Shown: piece after piece, positions 38,171 to 50,183 of the stretch
Position numbering within the stretch: position 1 is the stretch's first letter
How the letters are laid out: each line of letters begins with the position of its first letter
Assembly: GCF_058153355.1 (NCBI RefSeq)
Contig: NZ_CM177019.1
Reading direction: 5' to 3' (one strand)
DNA length: 64,000 bases
Program-made: the position numbers and the translations under genes
Notes under the pieces: model-generated
Database searches by the model: none
Told to the model about the DNA's origin: nothing
What the model saw: only the letters and a program-made list of their open reading frames with translations

Positions 38171-38995
38171 TTACATATGCGCCGCGATTAACCGTTGGTT
38201 ATCCTGGTACATTGCGAACAGGTAGTTGTTATAACTCTTCCCTTTGGTCGAGTAGCCCTTCAGCTTGTGAATCATCGCTGTGGCAGTCACTTCCTGATCC
38301 GCTTTACGCAGTTGTGCACGCGATTTACGGAACGAAGAGTAAGCCGGGTGAGTATTCAGGTTAGTGACATAGGCGCTCACCGATTCTTTGACAGAACTAA
38401 ACTGTGAGTACCCCTTCACTTTACCCGGCGCATTGGTACAACGTCCTTTCATGCACTTCATGCCGAATAGGTTGTTGTTGCTACGCGCCAGCTTCGACGT
38501 TCCCCAACCGCTTTCTGCTGCAGCCATCGTCGCCACCATACTGGTAGGAATAATGTCTACGCGTTCCAGCAAGGTATTCCACGGGATTTTTCGCGTATTA
38601 CCAGACCACTTCACCTTGTAGCGTTTGGCGATGTCTTTCAGACGCGCACGCTCAGCAGGTGACCATTGGCCCTGATACTGTTTTGAAATGAGCCAGTTAC
38701 GTTCCTCAGTAATGGCCGCATTTTGGCTGGTAATGTAAGGCATTACGGTCCGGAGAAACGCTTTTTTCCTTGGTGTTCCGGAAGGGTATTTTCGCAAATC
38801 AGGAAGTGAACTACTCTTTGCACTATTGCGAGAATACTCTTGTTTACTGCTTACCTGTTTATTACTAGCTTTAATTAAGTGGGACTTTTGACTCGCTGTT
38901 GTTGTGTGCGTCTTCGCTAACACCTCACTCGAAAACACCAGAGTGAGTAACATAAGAATCATCGCCCCATATCGTCGTATGGGAGTCAAAATCAT
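38171..38995 (-). CDS. bax: Bax protein (putative glucosaminidase domain)
   Basis: 274 aa with signal peptide and C-terminal glucosaminidase-like domain. Confidence 0.85.
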   Translation of the reverse strand: MILTPIRRYGAMILMLLTLVFSSEVLAKTHTTTASQKSHLIKASNKQVSSKQEYSRNSAKSSSLPDLRKYPSGTPRKKAFLRTVMPYITSQNAAITEERNWLISKQYQGQWSPAERARLKDIAKRYKVKWSGNTRKIPWNTLLERVDIIPTSMVATMAAAESGWGTSKLARSNNNLFGMKCMKGRCTNAPGKVKGYSQFSSVKESVSAYVTNLNTHPAYSSFRKSRAQLRKADQEVTATAMIHKLKGYSTKGKSYNNYLFAMYQDNQRLIAAHM

Positions 38996-39219
38996 CAGGT
39001 CTCCTGGTCGGATTTAATCATTCCAACACCTTATATTTTTCACAAATTTGAGAGTTGAATCTCAAATCATATCAAAAATAGCCGTCAAGAGCACCCCAAG
39101 GAATAGTCCAAATCTGAAACTATGTCACGTGTTAACGATTCAGATTGGCGCTAAATCGCAGAAAATGTGGGGTTTATCGCAAAATTCAGCCGTTTTTTGC
39201 GCGCGATCGCTCACCCTTG

Positions 39220-39256
39220 CTTCTCATCCTGTGGACTTACCGCTCAGGGATGAGTT
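39220..39256 (+). promoter_or_regulatory. malS promoter region with MalT-box-like GGATGA motifs
   Basis: ctcatcc (39223-39229, reverse GGATGAG) and gggatgag (39248-39255) 60-90 bp upstream of the malS ATG. Confidence 0.45.
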
Positions 39257-39314
39257 TTGTCTAGCTTATCGCTGGCAAACTGTCTGAAATCGCAGCAATA
39301 AGGACTCATCCGCC

Positions 39315-41345
39315 ATGAAACTCGCCGCCTGTTTTCTGACACTCCTTCCTGGCTTCGCCGTTGCCGCCAGCTGGACTTCTCCGGGGTTCCCTGCCTTTAG
39401 CGAACAGGGAACGGGAACATTTGTCAGCCACGCGCAGTTGCCCAAAGGTACGCGTCCACTAACGCTAAATTTTGACCAACAGTGCTGGCAGCCTGCGGAT
39501 GCGATAAAACTCAATCAGATGCTTTCCCTGCAACCTTGTAGCAACACGCCACCTCAATGGCGATTGTTCAGGGACGGCGAATATACGCTGCAACTAGACA
39601 CCCGCTCCGGTACACCAACATTGATGATTTCCATCCAGAACGCCGTCGAACCGGTAGCAAGCCTGGTCCGTGAATGCCCGAAATGGGATGGATTACCGCT
39701 CACACTGGATGTCAGCGCCACTTTTCCGGAGGGAGCCGCAGTCCGGGATTATTACAGCCAGCAAATTGCGATAGTGAAGAACGGTCAAATAACGTTACAA
39801 CCCGCTGCCACCAGCAACGGTTTACTCCTGCTGGAACGGGCAGAAACTGACACATCCGCCCCTTTCGACTGGCATAACGCCACGGTTTACTTTGTGCTGA
39901 CAGATCGTTTCGAAAACGGCGATCCCAGTAATGACCAGAGTTACGGACGCCATAAAGACGGTATGGCAGAAATTGGAACTTTTCACGGCGGCGATTTACG
40001 CGGCCTGACCAACAAACTGGATTACCTCCAGCAGCTGGGCGTCAATGCTTTATGGATAAGTGCCCCATTTGAGCAAATTCACGGCTGGGTCGGCGGCGGT
40101 ACAAAAGGCGATTTCCCGCATTATGCCTACCACGGTTATTACACACAGGACTGGACGAATCTTGATGCCAATATGGGCAGCGAAGCCGATCTCCGGACGC
40201 TGGTTGATAGCGCGCATCAGCGCGGTATTCGTATTCTCTTTGATGTCGTGATGAACCACACCGGCTATGCCACACTGGCGGATATGCAGGAGTATCAGTT
40301 TGGCGCGTTATACCTTTCTGGTGATGAGCTGAAAAAAACGTTAGGTGACCGCTGGAGCGACTGGAAGCCCGCCGCCGGGCAAACCTGGCATAGCTTTAAC
40401 GATTACATTAATTTCAGCGACAAAACAGGCTGGGATAAATGGTGGGGAAAAAACTGGATCAGAACGGATATCGGCGACTACGACAATCCTGGATTTGACG
40501 ATCTCACCATGTCGCTGGCCTTTTTACCGGATATCAAAACCGAATCAACTACCGCTTCTGGCCTGCCAGTGTTCTATAACAACAAAACGGATACCCACGC
40601 TAAAGCCATTGACGGCTTTACCCCTCGAGATTACTTAACCCATTGGTTAAGCCAGTGGGTCCGTGACTACGGAATTGATGGTTTTCGGGTCGATACCGCC
40701 AAGCATGTTGAGTTGCCCGCCTGGCAGCAACTGAAAACCGAAGCCAGCGCCGCACTTCGCGAATGGAAAAAAGCGAATCCCGATAAAGCGTTAGATGACA
40801 CACCGTTCTGGATGACCGGTGAAGCCTGGGGCCACGGCGTGATGCAAAGTGACTACTATCGCCACGGCTTCGATGCGATGATCAATTTCGATTATCAGGA
40901 GCAGGCGGCTAAAGCAGTCGATTGTCTGGCGCAGATGGATACGACCTGGCAGCAAATGGCAGAGAAATTGCAGGATTTCAACGTGTTGAGCTATCTTTCG
41001 TCGCATGATACCCGCCTGTTTCGTGAAGGGGGCGACAAAGCAGCAGAGTTATTGTTATTAGCGCCAGGCGCAGTACAAATCTTTTATGGTGATGAATCCT
41101 CTCGTCCGTTCGGTCCTACCGGTTCTGATCCGCTGCAAGGCACGCGTTCGGATATGAACTGGCAGGATGTTAACGGTAAATCTGCCGCTAGCGTCGCGCA
41201 CTGGCAGAAAATCAGCCAGTTCCGCGCCCGCCATCCCGCAATTGGCGCGGGCAAACAAACGACACTTTCGCTGAAGCAGGGCTACGGCTTTGTTCGTGAG
41301 CATGGCGACGATAAAGTGCTGGTCATCTGGGCTGGGCAACAGTGA
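39315..41345 (+). CDS. malS: periplasmic alpha-amylase
   Basis: 676 aa; signal peptide; GH13 catalytic motifs (GFRVDTAKH, FDVVMNHTG). Confidence 0.95.
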   Translation: MKLAACFLTLLPGFAVAASWTSPGFPAFSEQGTGTFVSHAQLPKGTRPLTLNFDQQCWQPADAIKLNQMLSLQPCSNTPPQWRLFRDGEYTLQLDTRSGTPTLMISIQNAVEPVASLVRECPKWDGLPLTLDVSATFPEGAAVRDYYSQQIAIVKNGQITLQPAATSNGLLLLERAETDTSAPFDWHNATVYFVLTDRFENGDPSNDQSYGRHKDGMAEIGTFHGGDLRGLTNKLDYLQQLGVNALWISAPFEQIHGWVGGGTKGDFPHYAYHGYYTQDWTNLDANMGSEADLRTLVDSAHQRGIRILFDVVMNHTGYATLADMQEYQFGALYLSGDELKKTLGDRWSDWKPAAGQTWHSFNDYINFSDKTGWDKWWGKNWIRTDIGDYDNPGFDDLTMSLAFLPDIKTESTTASGLPVFYNNKTDTHAKAIDGFTPRDYLTHWLSQWVRDYGIDGFRVDTAKHVELPAWQQLKTEASAALREWKKANPDKALDDTPFWMTGEAWGHGVMQSDYYRHGFDAMINFDYQEQAAKAVDCLAQMDTTWQQMAEKLQDFNVLSYLSSHDTRLFREGGDKAAELLLLAPGAVQIFYGDESSRPFGPTGSDPLQGTRSDMNWQDVNGKSAASVAHWQKISQFRARHPAIGAGKQTTLSLKQGYGFVREHGDDKVLVIWAGQQ

Positions 41346-41521
41346 CTTTCCGGCTTCCCGTTCGTCAGTACCTCGGGAAGCCGCCAACCAGGATAAAATG
41401 TCAGCCCTAATCAGAGTTGCAGGATAAAGCACCGCTCCCTCTTCAACAGAGCGATTTGCACCCCAGCAAATGTAGCGTTATTGTTACCTTCCTTGCTACA
41501 GAGTTCGACAGATATCCCGCT

Positions 41522-42775
41522 ATGACATTCTCCCTTTTTGGTGACAAATTTACCCGCCACTCCGGCATTACGCTGCTGATGGAAGATCTGAACGACGGTT
41601 TACGCACGCCTGGCGCGATTATGCTCGGCGGCGGTAATCCAGCGCAGATCCCGGAAATGCAGGACTACTTCCAGACGCTACTGACCGACATGCTGGAAAG
41701 TGGCAAAGCGACTGATGCACTGTGCAATTACGACGGTCCACAGGGGAAAACGGAGCTACTCACACTGCTTGCCGGAATGCTACGCGAGAAGTTGGGTTGG
41801 GATATCGAACCACAGAATATTGCACTAACAAACGGCAGCCAGAGCGCGTTTTTCTACTTATTTAATCTGTTCGCCGGACGCCGTGCCGATGGTCGGATCA
41901 AAAAAGTGCTGTTTCCGCTGGCACCGGAATACATTGGCTACGCTGACGCCGGACTGGAAGAAGATCTGTTTGTCTCTGCGCGTCCGAATATTGAACTGCT
42001 GCCGGAAGGCCAGTTTAAATACCACGTTGATTTTGAGCATCTGCATATTGGCGAAGAAACCGGGATGATTTGCGTCTCCCGGCCGACGAATCCAACAGGC
42101 AATGTGATTACTGACGAAGAGTTGCTGAAGCTTGACGCGCTGGCGAATCAACACGGCATTCCGCTGGTGATTGATAACGCTTATGGCGTCCCGTTCCCGG
42201 GTATCATCTTCAGCGAAGCGCGCCCGCTGTGGAATCCGAATATCGTACTGTGCATGAGTCTTTCCAAGCTGGGTCTACCAGGCTCCCGCTGCGGCATTAT
42301 CATCGCCAATGAAAAAATCATCACCGCCATCACCAATATGAACGGCATTATCAGCCTTGCACCTGGCGGTATTGGTCCAGCGATGATGTGTGAAATGATT
42401 AAGCGTAACGATCTGCTGCGCCTGTCTGAAACAGTCATCAAACCGTTTTACTACCAGCGTGTTCAGGAAACTATCGCCATCATTCGCCGCTATTTACCAG
42501 AAGATCGCTGCCTGATTCATAAACCCGAAGGGGCCATTTTTCTCTGGCTATGGTTTAAGGATTTGCCAATTACGACCGAGCAGCTTTACCAGCACCTGAA
42601 ATCGCGCGGCGTGCTAATGGTACCGGGGCACAACTTCTTCCCAGGGCTGGATAAACCGTGGCCACATACACATCAATGTATGCGCATGAACTACGTGCCG
42701 GAGCCGGAGAAAATTGAGGCGGGTGTGAAGATTCTGGCAGAAGAGATAGAAAGAGCCTGGGCTGAAAGTCATTAA
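41522..42775 (+). CDS. avtA: valine--pyruvate aminotransferase
   Basis: ORF 41417-42775; start MTFSLFGDKFTRHSG at ATG 41522 gives 417 aa; PLP aminotransferase motif SLSKLG. Confidence 0.93.
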   Translation: MTFSLFGDKFTRHSGITLLMEDLNDGLRTPGAIMLGGGNPAQIPEMQDYFQTLLTDMLESGKATDALCNYDGPQGKTELLTLLAGMLREKLGWDIEPQNIALTNGSQSAFFYLFNLFAGRRADGRIKKVLFPLAPEYIGYADAGLEEDLFVSARPNIELLPEGQFKYHVDFEHLHIGEETGMICVSRPTNPTGNVITDEELLKLDALANQHGIPLVIDNAYGVPFPGIIFSEARPLWNPNIVLCMSLSKLGLPGSRCGIIIANEKIITAITNMNGIISLAPGGIGPAMMCEMIKRNDLLRLSETVIKPFYYQRVQETIAIIRRYLPEDRCLIHKPEGAIFLWLWFKDLPITTEQLYQHLKSRGVLMVPGHNFFPGLDKPWPHTHQCMRMNYVPEPEKIEAGVKILAEEIERAWAESH

Positions 42776-42780
42776 AAATT

Positions 42781-44029
<1,249 letters not shown>

Positions 44030-44059
44030 CATGCCTGCAATCTGGGAAACCGGGGTAGA

Positions 44060-44090
<31 letters not shown>

Positions 44091-44124
44091 TCATTTCTGC
44101 AATATATTGAATTTGGAATAATTT

Positions 44125-44158
44125 GTAGGCCGGATAAGGCGTTTAAGCCGCATCCGGC
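44125..44158. repeat. REP element downstream of IS621 copy 2
   Basis: gtaggccggataaggcgtttaagccgcatccggc palindromic unit. Confidence 0.6.
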
Positions 44159-44206
44159 ATAAACAAAGCGCACTATTCCTGCGTTAAAAAACGCCGGAAA
44201 AACGTT

Positions 44207-44680
44207 TCAAACAGACTGCTGCCGTAGCCGATGCCGCTGCACTTTCTCGACATCCATGCATTGCAACGCTTGTGTTGGGCAAGCTTCAACACAAGCCGGT
44301 CCCGTCGCCCGATGCCAGCACAGATCGCACTTAATCGCCCTCGCCTTTGTGCGTGAAGAAACGACCTCCATCGCACCAAACGGGCAAGCCAGCATACAGC
44401 TTTTACAGCCAATACAACGTGATTGTTCAACGAAAATATGCCCATGTTCGCGACTTATCGCGTCAACAGGGCACACATTTGCGCTCGGTGCATCTTCACA
44501 CTGATGACAGGCTACTGCCGTGGTGTAAGTATGATCTTTAATGACACGAATACGCGAAATAAACTCACCGGGTGACAACGCAGCGCAATCCTGATTCTCC
44601 TGATGCGACACTGCGCAAGCCACTTCACAGGTACGGCAACCGATACATTTCGTCGCATCCGCAATAATAAACCGGTTCAT
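44207..44680 (-). CDS. ysaA: 4Fe-4S ferredoxin-type protein YsaA
   Basis: 157 aa; four CxxCxxCxxxCP cluster motifs. Confidence 0.85.
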   Translation of the reverse strand: MNRFIIADATKCIGCRTCEVACAVSHQENQDCAALSPGEFISRIRVIKDHTYTTAVACHQCEDAPSANVCPVDAISREHGHIFVEQSRCIGCKSCMLACPFGAMEVVSSRTKARAIKCDLCWHRATGPACVEACPTQALQCMDVEKVQRHRLRQQSV

Positions 44681-44781
44681 GATCACTCCTTTGCACTAAA
44701 ACAGCAGAGTGCCAGAGAGCGCGTCTCTACTGCTTTGATCCAACGAAGGAAATGTTAAAGTTTTGGCACTTGTCCAGAGCG

Positions 44782-45630
44782 TTATGTGATCGCGCCCTGG
44801 TCGTCCCTGACAGTAAATCCCAGTTCATTAGAAATAGCCTGCGCGGTTTCACGCAGTGGTTTCAGGAGATTTTTCTCCCCCACCTGTTTCAGACGTGATG
44901 TCGAAAGCGAAATCGACACGGCGTACGGCACCCGCCCATGAATATCAAACACCGGAACAGCAATACAGGAGACGCCGAGTTCGTTTTCTTCTCTGTCCAT
45001 CGCCGCTCCGCTTTCACGAATGTGCGCCAGTTCGTCGAACATCGCGGGCAGCTCGGTAATGGTATTGCGGGTTAACGGCTGGATCTCATGCTGATGGCTT
45101 TCCCAGTATGACTTCACGTAGTCCGGGTGACCAAACGCCATGTAGATCTTGCCCATTGCGGAACAGTAGAGCGGCATATGCTGGCCTATATAAGCTCGGG
45201 TTCGCAGCATCCCGGTCGTGGGTTCCAGCTTATAAATCAAAATAGCGTGATCGTCTTCGCGGCTGGAGAAGTTAATGGTTTCACCAGTGTCGATGTTCAG
45301 TGCCTCAAGATGCGGAGCGGCGATATGAATGATATTCAGCGAAGACAGCGCCTTCTGCCCGACGGCAATAAATTTGGTAGTCAGGCGGTAACTCCCTGCG
45401 GCGGGCGCGGTGGTCACATAGCCGCAGGATTGTAATCCCTGCAATAAGCGATGGACGGTACTCTTATTTAAACCAGCCAGCTCCGAAAGATGCGCCAACG
45501 GACAACCGTTTGGATAGTTGCTCAAAATCTCAATCAGCATCAACCCGCGAAACAGACTCTGGCTTCCGGCTGGACGCTCTTTTTCCTGCGCCATCTCGTT
45601 CTCTTTTTTTCCCATCACTTCTTTCCCCAT
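44782..45630 (-). CDS. yiaJ: IclR-family transcriptional repressor of the yiaK-S operon
   Basis: 282 aa; N-terminal IclR HTH, C-terminal effector domain; divergent from yiaK. Confidence 0.88.
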   Translation of the reverse strand: MGKEVMGKKENEMAQEKERPAGSQSLFRGLMLIEILSNYPNGCPLAHLSELAGLNKSTVHRLLQGLQSCGYVTTAPAAGSYRLTTKFIAVGQKALSSLNIIHIAAPHLEALNIDTGETINFSSREDDHAILIYKLEPTTGMLRTRAYIGQHMPLYCSAMGKIYMAFGHPDYVKSYWESHQHEIQPLTRNTITELPAMFDELAHIRESGAAMDREENELGVSCIAVPVFDIHGRVPYAVSISLSTSRLKQVGEKNLLKPLRETAQAISNELGFTVRDDQGAIT

Positions 45631-45831
45631 TTTGTCGCGTCCTGATGGTAGCGCAAAGTGTGTCGTAGTTCACGATCTCGACAGATAATTTATAACCACT
45701 TGATTTTTAAGTTTTTTGAAATTCATCAATCAGATTGCTTTGTTAAAAAGCGATCGATATATTTGAAATCAGATTTCACATATTGAAATTTTAAGCCAAA
45801 AAAAGCGTTCAAAAAAATAAGGAAGCCAGGG

Positions 45832-46830
45832 ATGAAAGTCACATTTGAGCAGTTAAAAGCAGCCTTTAATCGGGTCTTAATTTCACGCGGTGTTGACAGC
45901 GAAACGGCTGATGCCTGTGCAGAGATGTTCGCCCGCACCACCGAATCCGGTGTTTATTCTCACGGTGTTAACCGCTTCCCACGCTTCATCCAACAATTGG
46001 ATAATGGCGATATCATTCCTGACGCCCAAGCCAAACGTATAACCAGCCTCGGCGCAATTGAACAGTGGGACGCCCAGCGTTCGATCGGTAACCTGACAGC
46101 GAAAAAGATGATGGATCGCGCCATTGAACTGGCTGCCGATCACGGTATTGGTCTGGTGGCGTTGCGTAATGCCAACCACTGGATGCGCGGCGGCAGCTAC
46201 GGCTGGCAGGCGGCGGAAAAAGGCTATATTGGCATTTGCTGGACCAACTCCATCGCCGTAATGCCGCCGTGGGGCGCAAAAGAGTGTCGCATCGGCACTA
46301 ACCCGCTGATCGTCGCCATTCCTTCTACCCCAATCACCATGGTCGATATGTCGATGTCGATGTTTTCCTACGGCATGTTAGAAGTTAACCGCCTTGCAGG
46401 TCGTCAGCTCCCGGTCGATGGCGGCTTTGACGATGAAGGCAATCTCACCAAAGAACCTGGTGTAATCGAGAAAAATCGCCGTATTTTGCCAATGGGTTAC
46501 TGGAAAGGTTCCGGTATGTCGATCGTATTGGATATGATCGCTACTCTTCTTTCTGACGGCGCGTCAGTTGCTGAAGTCACCCAGGATAACAGCGACGAAT
46601 ACGGTGTTTCGCAAATCTTTATCGCCATTGAAGTGGACAAGCTTATCGACGGCCCCACCCGCGATGCCAAGCTGCAACGCATCATGGATTATGTTACTAC
46701 CGCTGAACGCGCCGATGAAAACCAGGCCATTCGCTTACCCGGCCACGAATTTACCACCCTGCTGGCAGAAAACCGCCGTAACGGTATTACCGTTGATGAC
46801 AGCGTATGGGCAAAAATCCAGGCGTTATAA
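45832..46830 (+). CDS. yiaK: 2,3-diketo-L-gulonate reductase
   Basis: 332 aa Ldh_2 family oxidoreductase; first gene of the operon. Confidence 0.88.
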   Translation: MKVTFEQLKAAFNRVLISRGVDSETADACAEMFARTTESGVYSHGVNRFPRFIQQLDNGDIIPDAQAKRITSLGAIEQWDAQRSIGNLTAKKMMDRAIELAADHGIGLVALRNANHWMRGGSYGWQAAEKGYIGICWTNSIAVMPPWGAKECRIGTNPLIVAIPSTPITMVDMSMSMFSYGMLEVNRLAGRQLPVDGGFDDEGNLTKEPGVIEKNRRILPMGYWKGSGMSIVLDMIATLLSDGASVAEVTQDNSDEYGVSQIFIAIEVDKLIDGPTRDAKLQRIMDYVTTAERADENQAIRLPGHEFTTLLAENRRNGITVDDSVWAKIQAL

Positions 46831-46838
46831 GGAGATAA

Positions 46839-47309
<471 letters not shown>

Positions 47310-47426
47310 TCGAATAATCGTCTACGCCAGAACGCCTGGGTAATGTTATTGCTCTAACTATATTAATAATTCAGGTTGCTGCACATGCAACTTGAATTAT
47401 GACAAACATAGCCTCAAGGAATAGCT

Positions 47427-47901
47427 ATGAAAAAAAATACTTGAAGCAATACTGGCGATTAATCTCGCCGTACTTTCCTGTATTGTGTTTATAAACATTA
47501 TTTTAAGATATGGTTTTCAGACAAGTATTTTATCTGTAGATGAATTGTCGCGTTATTTATTTGTCTGGTTAACCTTTATTGGCGCGATTGTGGCTTTTAT
47601 GGATAACGCCCACGTTCAGGTTACCTTTCTGGTGGAGAAACTCTCCCCCGCGTGGCAGCGACGAGTCGCTCTGGTTACCCACGCCTTAATATTATTTATT
47701 TGTGGCGCACTGGCCTGGGGCGCAACGCTAAAAACAATTCAGGACTGGAGCGATTATTCACCGATCCTCGGCTTGCCCATCGGCCTGATGTATGCCGCTT
47801 GTCTGCCCACCAGCCTCGTTATCGCATTCTTTGAGCTGCGCCTTTTATATCAACTCATCACGCGTAGCAATTCTCTAACGCCGCCACCGCAAGGAGCTTA
47901 A
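47427..47901 (+). pseudogene. yiaM: TRAP transporter small permease YiaM, apparent +1 frameshift in A-run at codon 2-4
   Basis: ATG 47427 followed by 8 A (47430-47437) leads to a stop at 47442-47444; with 7 A the frame reads [15 protein letters not shown]... continuous with ORF 47485-47901. Confidence 0.65.
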
Positions 47902-47903
47902 TC

Positions 47904-49181
47904 ATGGCTGTGCTGATTTTTCTGGGCTGCCTGTTGGGTGGCATTGCCATCGGTTTGCCTATTGCCTGGTCGCTACTGTTGTGCGGGGCGGCGCTTATGT
48001 TCTGGCTGGATATGTTTGATGTCCAGATCATGGCGCAAACGCTGGTAAACGGTGCTGACAGCTTCTCCCTGCTGGCGATTCCGTTCTTTGTACTGGCGGG
48101 TGAAATCATGAATGCGGGCGGCTTATCAAAACGCATTGTTGACCTGCCGATGAAACTGGTCGGGCATAAACCAGGCGGGTTGGGCTACGTAGGCGTGCTG
48201 GCGGCAATGATTATGGCGAGCCTTTCCGGTTCTGCTGTTGCGGATACCGCCGCCGTTGCCGCGCTACTGGTGCCGATGATGCGCAGCGCTAACTACCCGG
48301 TCAACCGTGCTGCGGGGCTGATTGCCTCTGGCGGGATTATCGCGCCAATTATTCCCCCTTCCATTCCGTTTATTATCTTCGGTGTTTCCAGCGGATTATC
48401 CATCAGTAAGTTGTTTATGGCGGGAATTGCCCCAGGCATTATGATGGGCGCAACGCTGATGCTCACATGGTGGTGGCAGGCCAGTCGTCTTAATTTACCC
48501 CGTCAGCAAAAAGCAACGAAACGAGAAATCTGGCACTCTTTTGTTTCCGGTATCTGGGCGCTATTTCTTCCGGTCATTATTATTGGCGGCTTTCGCTCCG
48601 GTCTGTTTACCCCTACCGAAGCCGGGGCCGTTGCTGCTTTCTATGCGTTATTTGTCGCCACGGTTATTTACCGTGAAATGACCTTCGCCACACTTTGGCA
48701 TGTACTTATTGGCGCGGCGAAAACCACCTCAGTGGTAATGTTTCTGGTAGCTTCGGCACAAGTTTCCGCCTGGCTAATTACCATTGCTGAACTGCCAATG
48801 ATGGTTTCTGATTTACTGCAACCGTTAGTGGAATCACCGCGTCTGCTGTTTATCGTTATTATGCTGGCGATTTTGATAGTCGGTATGGTAATGGATTTAA
48901 CGCCGACGGTGTTAATTCTTACCCCGGTATTAATGCCTTTAGTTAAAGAGGCAGGAATCGATCCGATTTACTTCGGAGTCATGTTTATCATCAACTGCTC
49001 AATCGGCTTAATTACACCGCCTATCGGTAATGTGCTTAACGTTATTTCAGGGGTGGCTAAACTCAAATTCGATGATGCAGTCAGAGGCGTTTTCCCTTAC
49101 GTCCTGGTTTTATATTCCTTATTAGCCTTATTTGTTTTTATTCCCGATCTCATCATCCTCCCGTTGAAATGGATTAATTAA
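47904..49181 (+). CDS. yiaN: TRAP transporter large permease (DctM-like)
   Basis: 425 aa multi-TM DctM family protein. Confidence 0.9.
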   Translation: MAVLIFLGCLLGGIAIGLPIAWSLLLCGAALMFWLDMFDVQIMAQTLVNGADSFSLLAIPFFVLAGEIMNAGGLSKRIVDLPMKLVGHKPGGLGYVGVLAAMIMASLSGSAVADTAAVAALLVPMMRSANYPVNRAAGLIASGGIIAPIIPPSIPFIIFGVSSGLSISKLFMAGIAPGIMMGATLMLTWWWQASRLNLPRQQKATKREIWHSFVSGIWALFLPVIIIGGFRSGLFTPTEAGAVAAFYALFVATVIYREMTFATLWHVLIGAAKTTSVVMFLVASAQVSAWLITIAELPMMVSDLLQPLVESPRLLFIVIMLAILIVGMVMDLTPTVLILTPVLMPLVKEAGIDPIYFGVMFIINCSIGLITPPIGNVLNVISGVAKLKFDDAVRGVFPYVLVLYSLLALFVFIPDLIILPLKWIN

Positions 49182-49193
49182 AAGGAAAATATA

Positions 49194-50180
49194 ATGAAAT
49201 TACGCTCTGTAACCTACGCATTATTCATTGCTGGCCTCGCTGCATTCAGTACGTCTTCGCTGGCGGCACAATCATTACGTTTCGGTTATGAAACCTCACA
49301 AACCGACTCACAACATATTGCAGCGAAAAAATTTAATGAATTATTACAGGAGAGAACCAAAGGCGAGCTGAAATTAAAACTGTTCCCGGACAGTACTCTC
49401 GGCAACGCACAAGCGATGATCAGCGGCGTGCGTGGCGGCACTATTGATATGGAGATGTCTGGCTCGAATAACTTTGCCGGATTATCACCTGTGATGAACC
49501 TGCTGGATGTTCCTTTCCTGTTCCGCGATACCGCCCACGCGCATAAAACACTCGACGGCAAAGTCGGCGATGAACTGAAGGCCTCCCTTGAAGGTAAGGG
49601 ACTGAAAGTACTGGCCTACTGGGAAAACGGCTGGCGCGATGTCACCAACTCACGCCAACCGGTTAAAACGCCTGGCGACCTGAAAGGGCTGAAAATCCGC
49701 ACCAACAACAGCCCGATGAATATCGCCGCATTTAAAGTATTTGGCGCTAACCCTATCCCGATGCCGTTTGCCGAAGTCTATACCGGACTGGAAACACGCA
49801 CTATCGACGCTCAGGAACATCCCATCAACGTCGTCTGGTCGGCAAAATTTTATGAAGTGCAGAAGTACCTATCTCTGACTCACCATGCCTATTCCCCGCT
49901 TCTGGTAGTGATCAACAAAGCGAAATTTGATGGCTTAAGCCCGGAGTTCCAGCAAGCGCTAATTTCATCTGCGCAAGAAGCGGGTAATTACCAGCGCAAA
50001 TTGGTCGCCGAAAATCAGCAAAAAATCATCGACGGCATGAAAGACGCTGGCGTGGAAGTCATCACCGAACTTGATCGCAAAGCCTTTAGCGACGTACTGG
50101 GTACTCAGGTCCGCGACATGTTTGTAAAAGATGTTCCGCAGGGCGATGAACTGCTGAAAGCCGTGGATGAGGTGCAATAA
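49194..50180 (+). CDS. yiaO: TRAP transporter periplasmic solute-binding protein (2,3-diketo-L-gulonate)
   Basis: 328 aa; signal peptide; DctP family. Confidence 0.9.
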   Translation: MKLRSVTYALFIAGLAAFSTSSLAAQSLRFGYETSQTDSQHIAAKKFNELLQERTKGELKLKLFPDSTLGNAQAMISGVRGGTIDMEMSGSNNFAGLSPVMNLLDVPFLFRDTAHAHKTLDGKVGDELKASLEGKGLKVLAYWENGWRDVTNSRQPVKTPGDLKGLKIRTNNSPMNIAAFKVFGANPIPMPFAEVYTGLETRTIDAQEHPINVVWSAKFYEVQKYLSLTHHAYSPLLVVINKAKFDGLSPEFQQALISSAQEAGNYQRKLVAENQQKIIDGMKDAGVEVITELDRKAFSDVLGTQVRDMFVKDVPQGDELLKAVDEVQ

Positions 50181-50183
50181 GCC

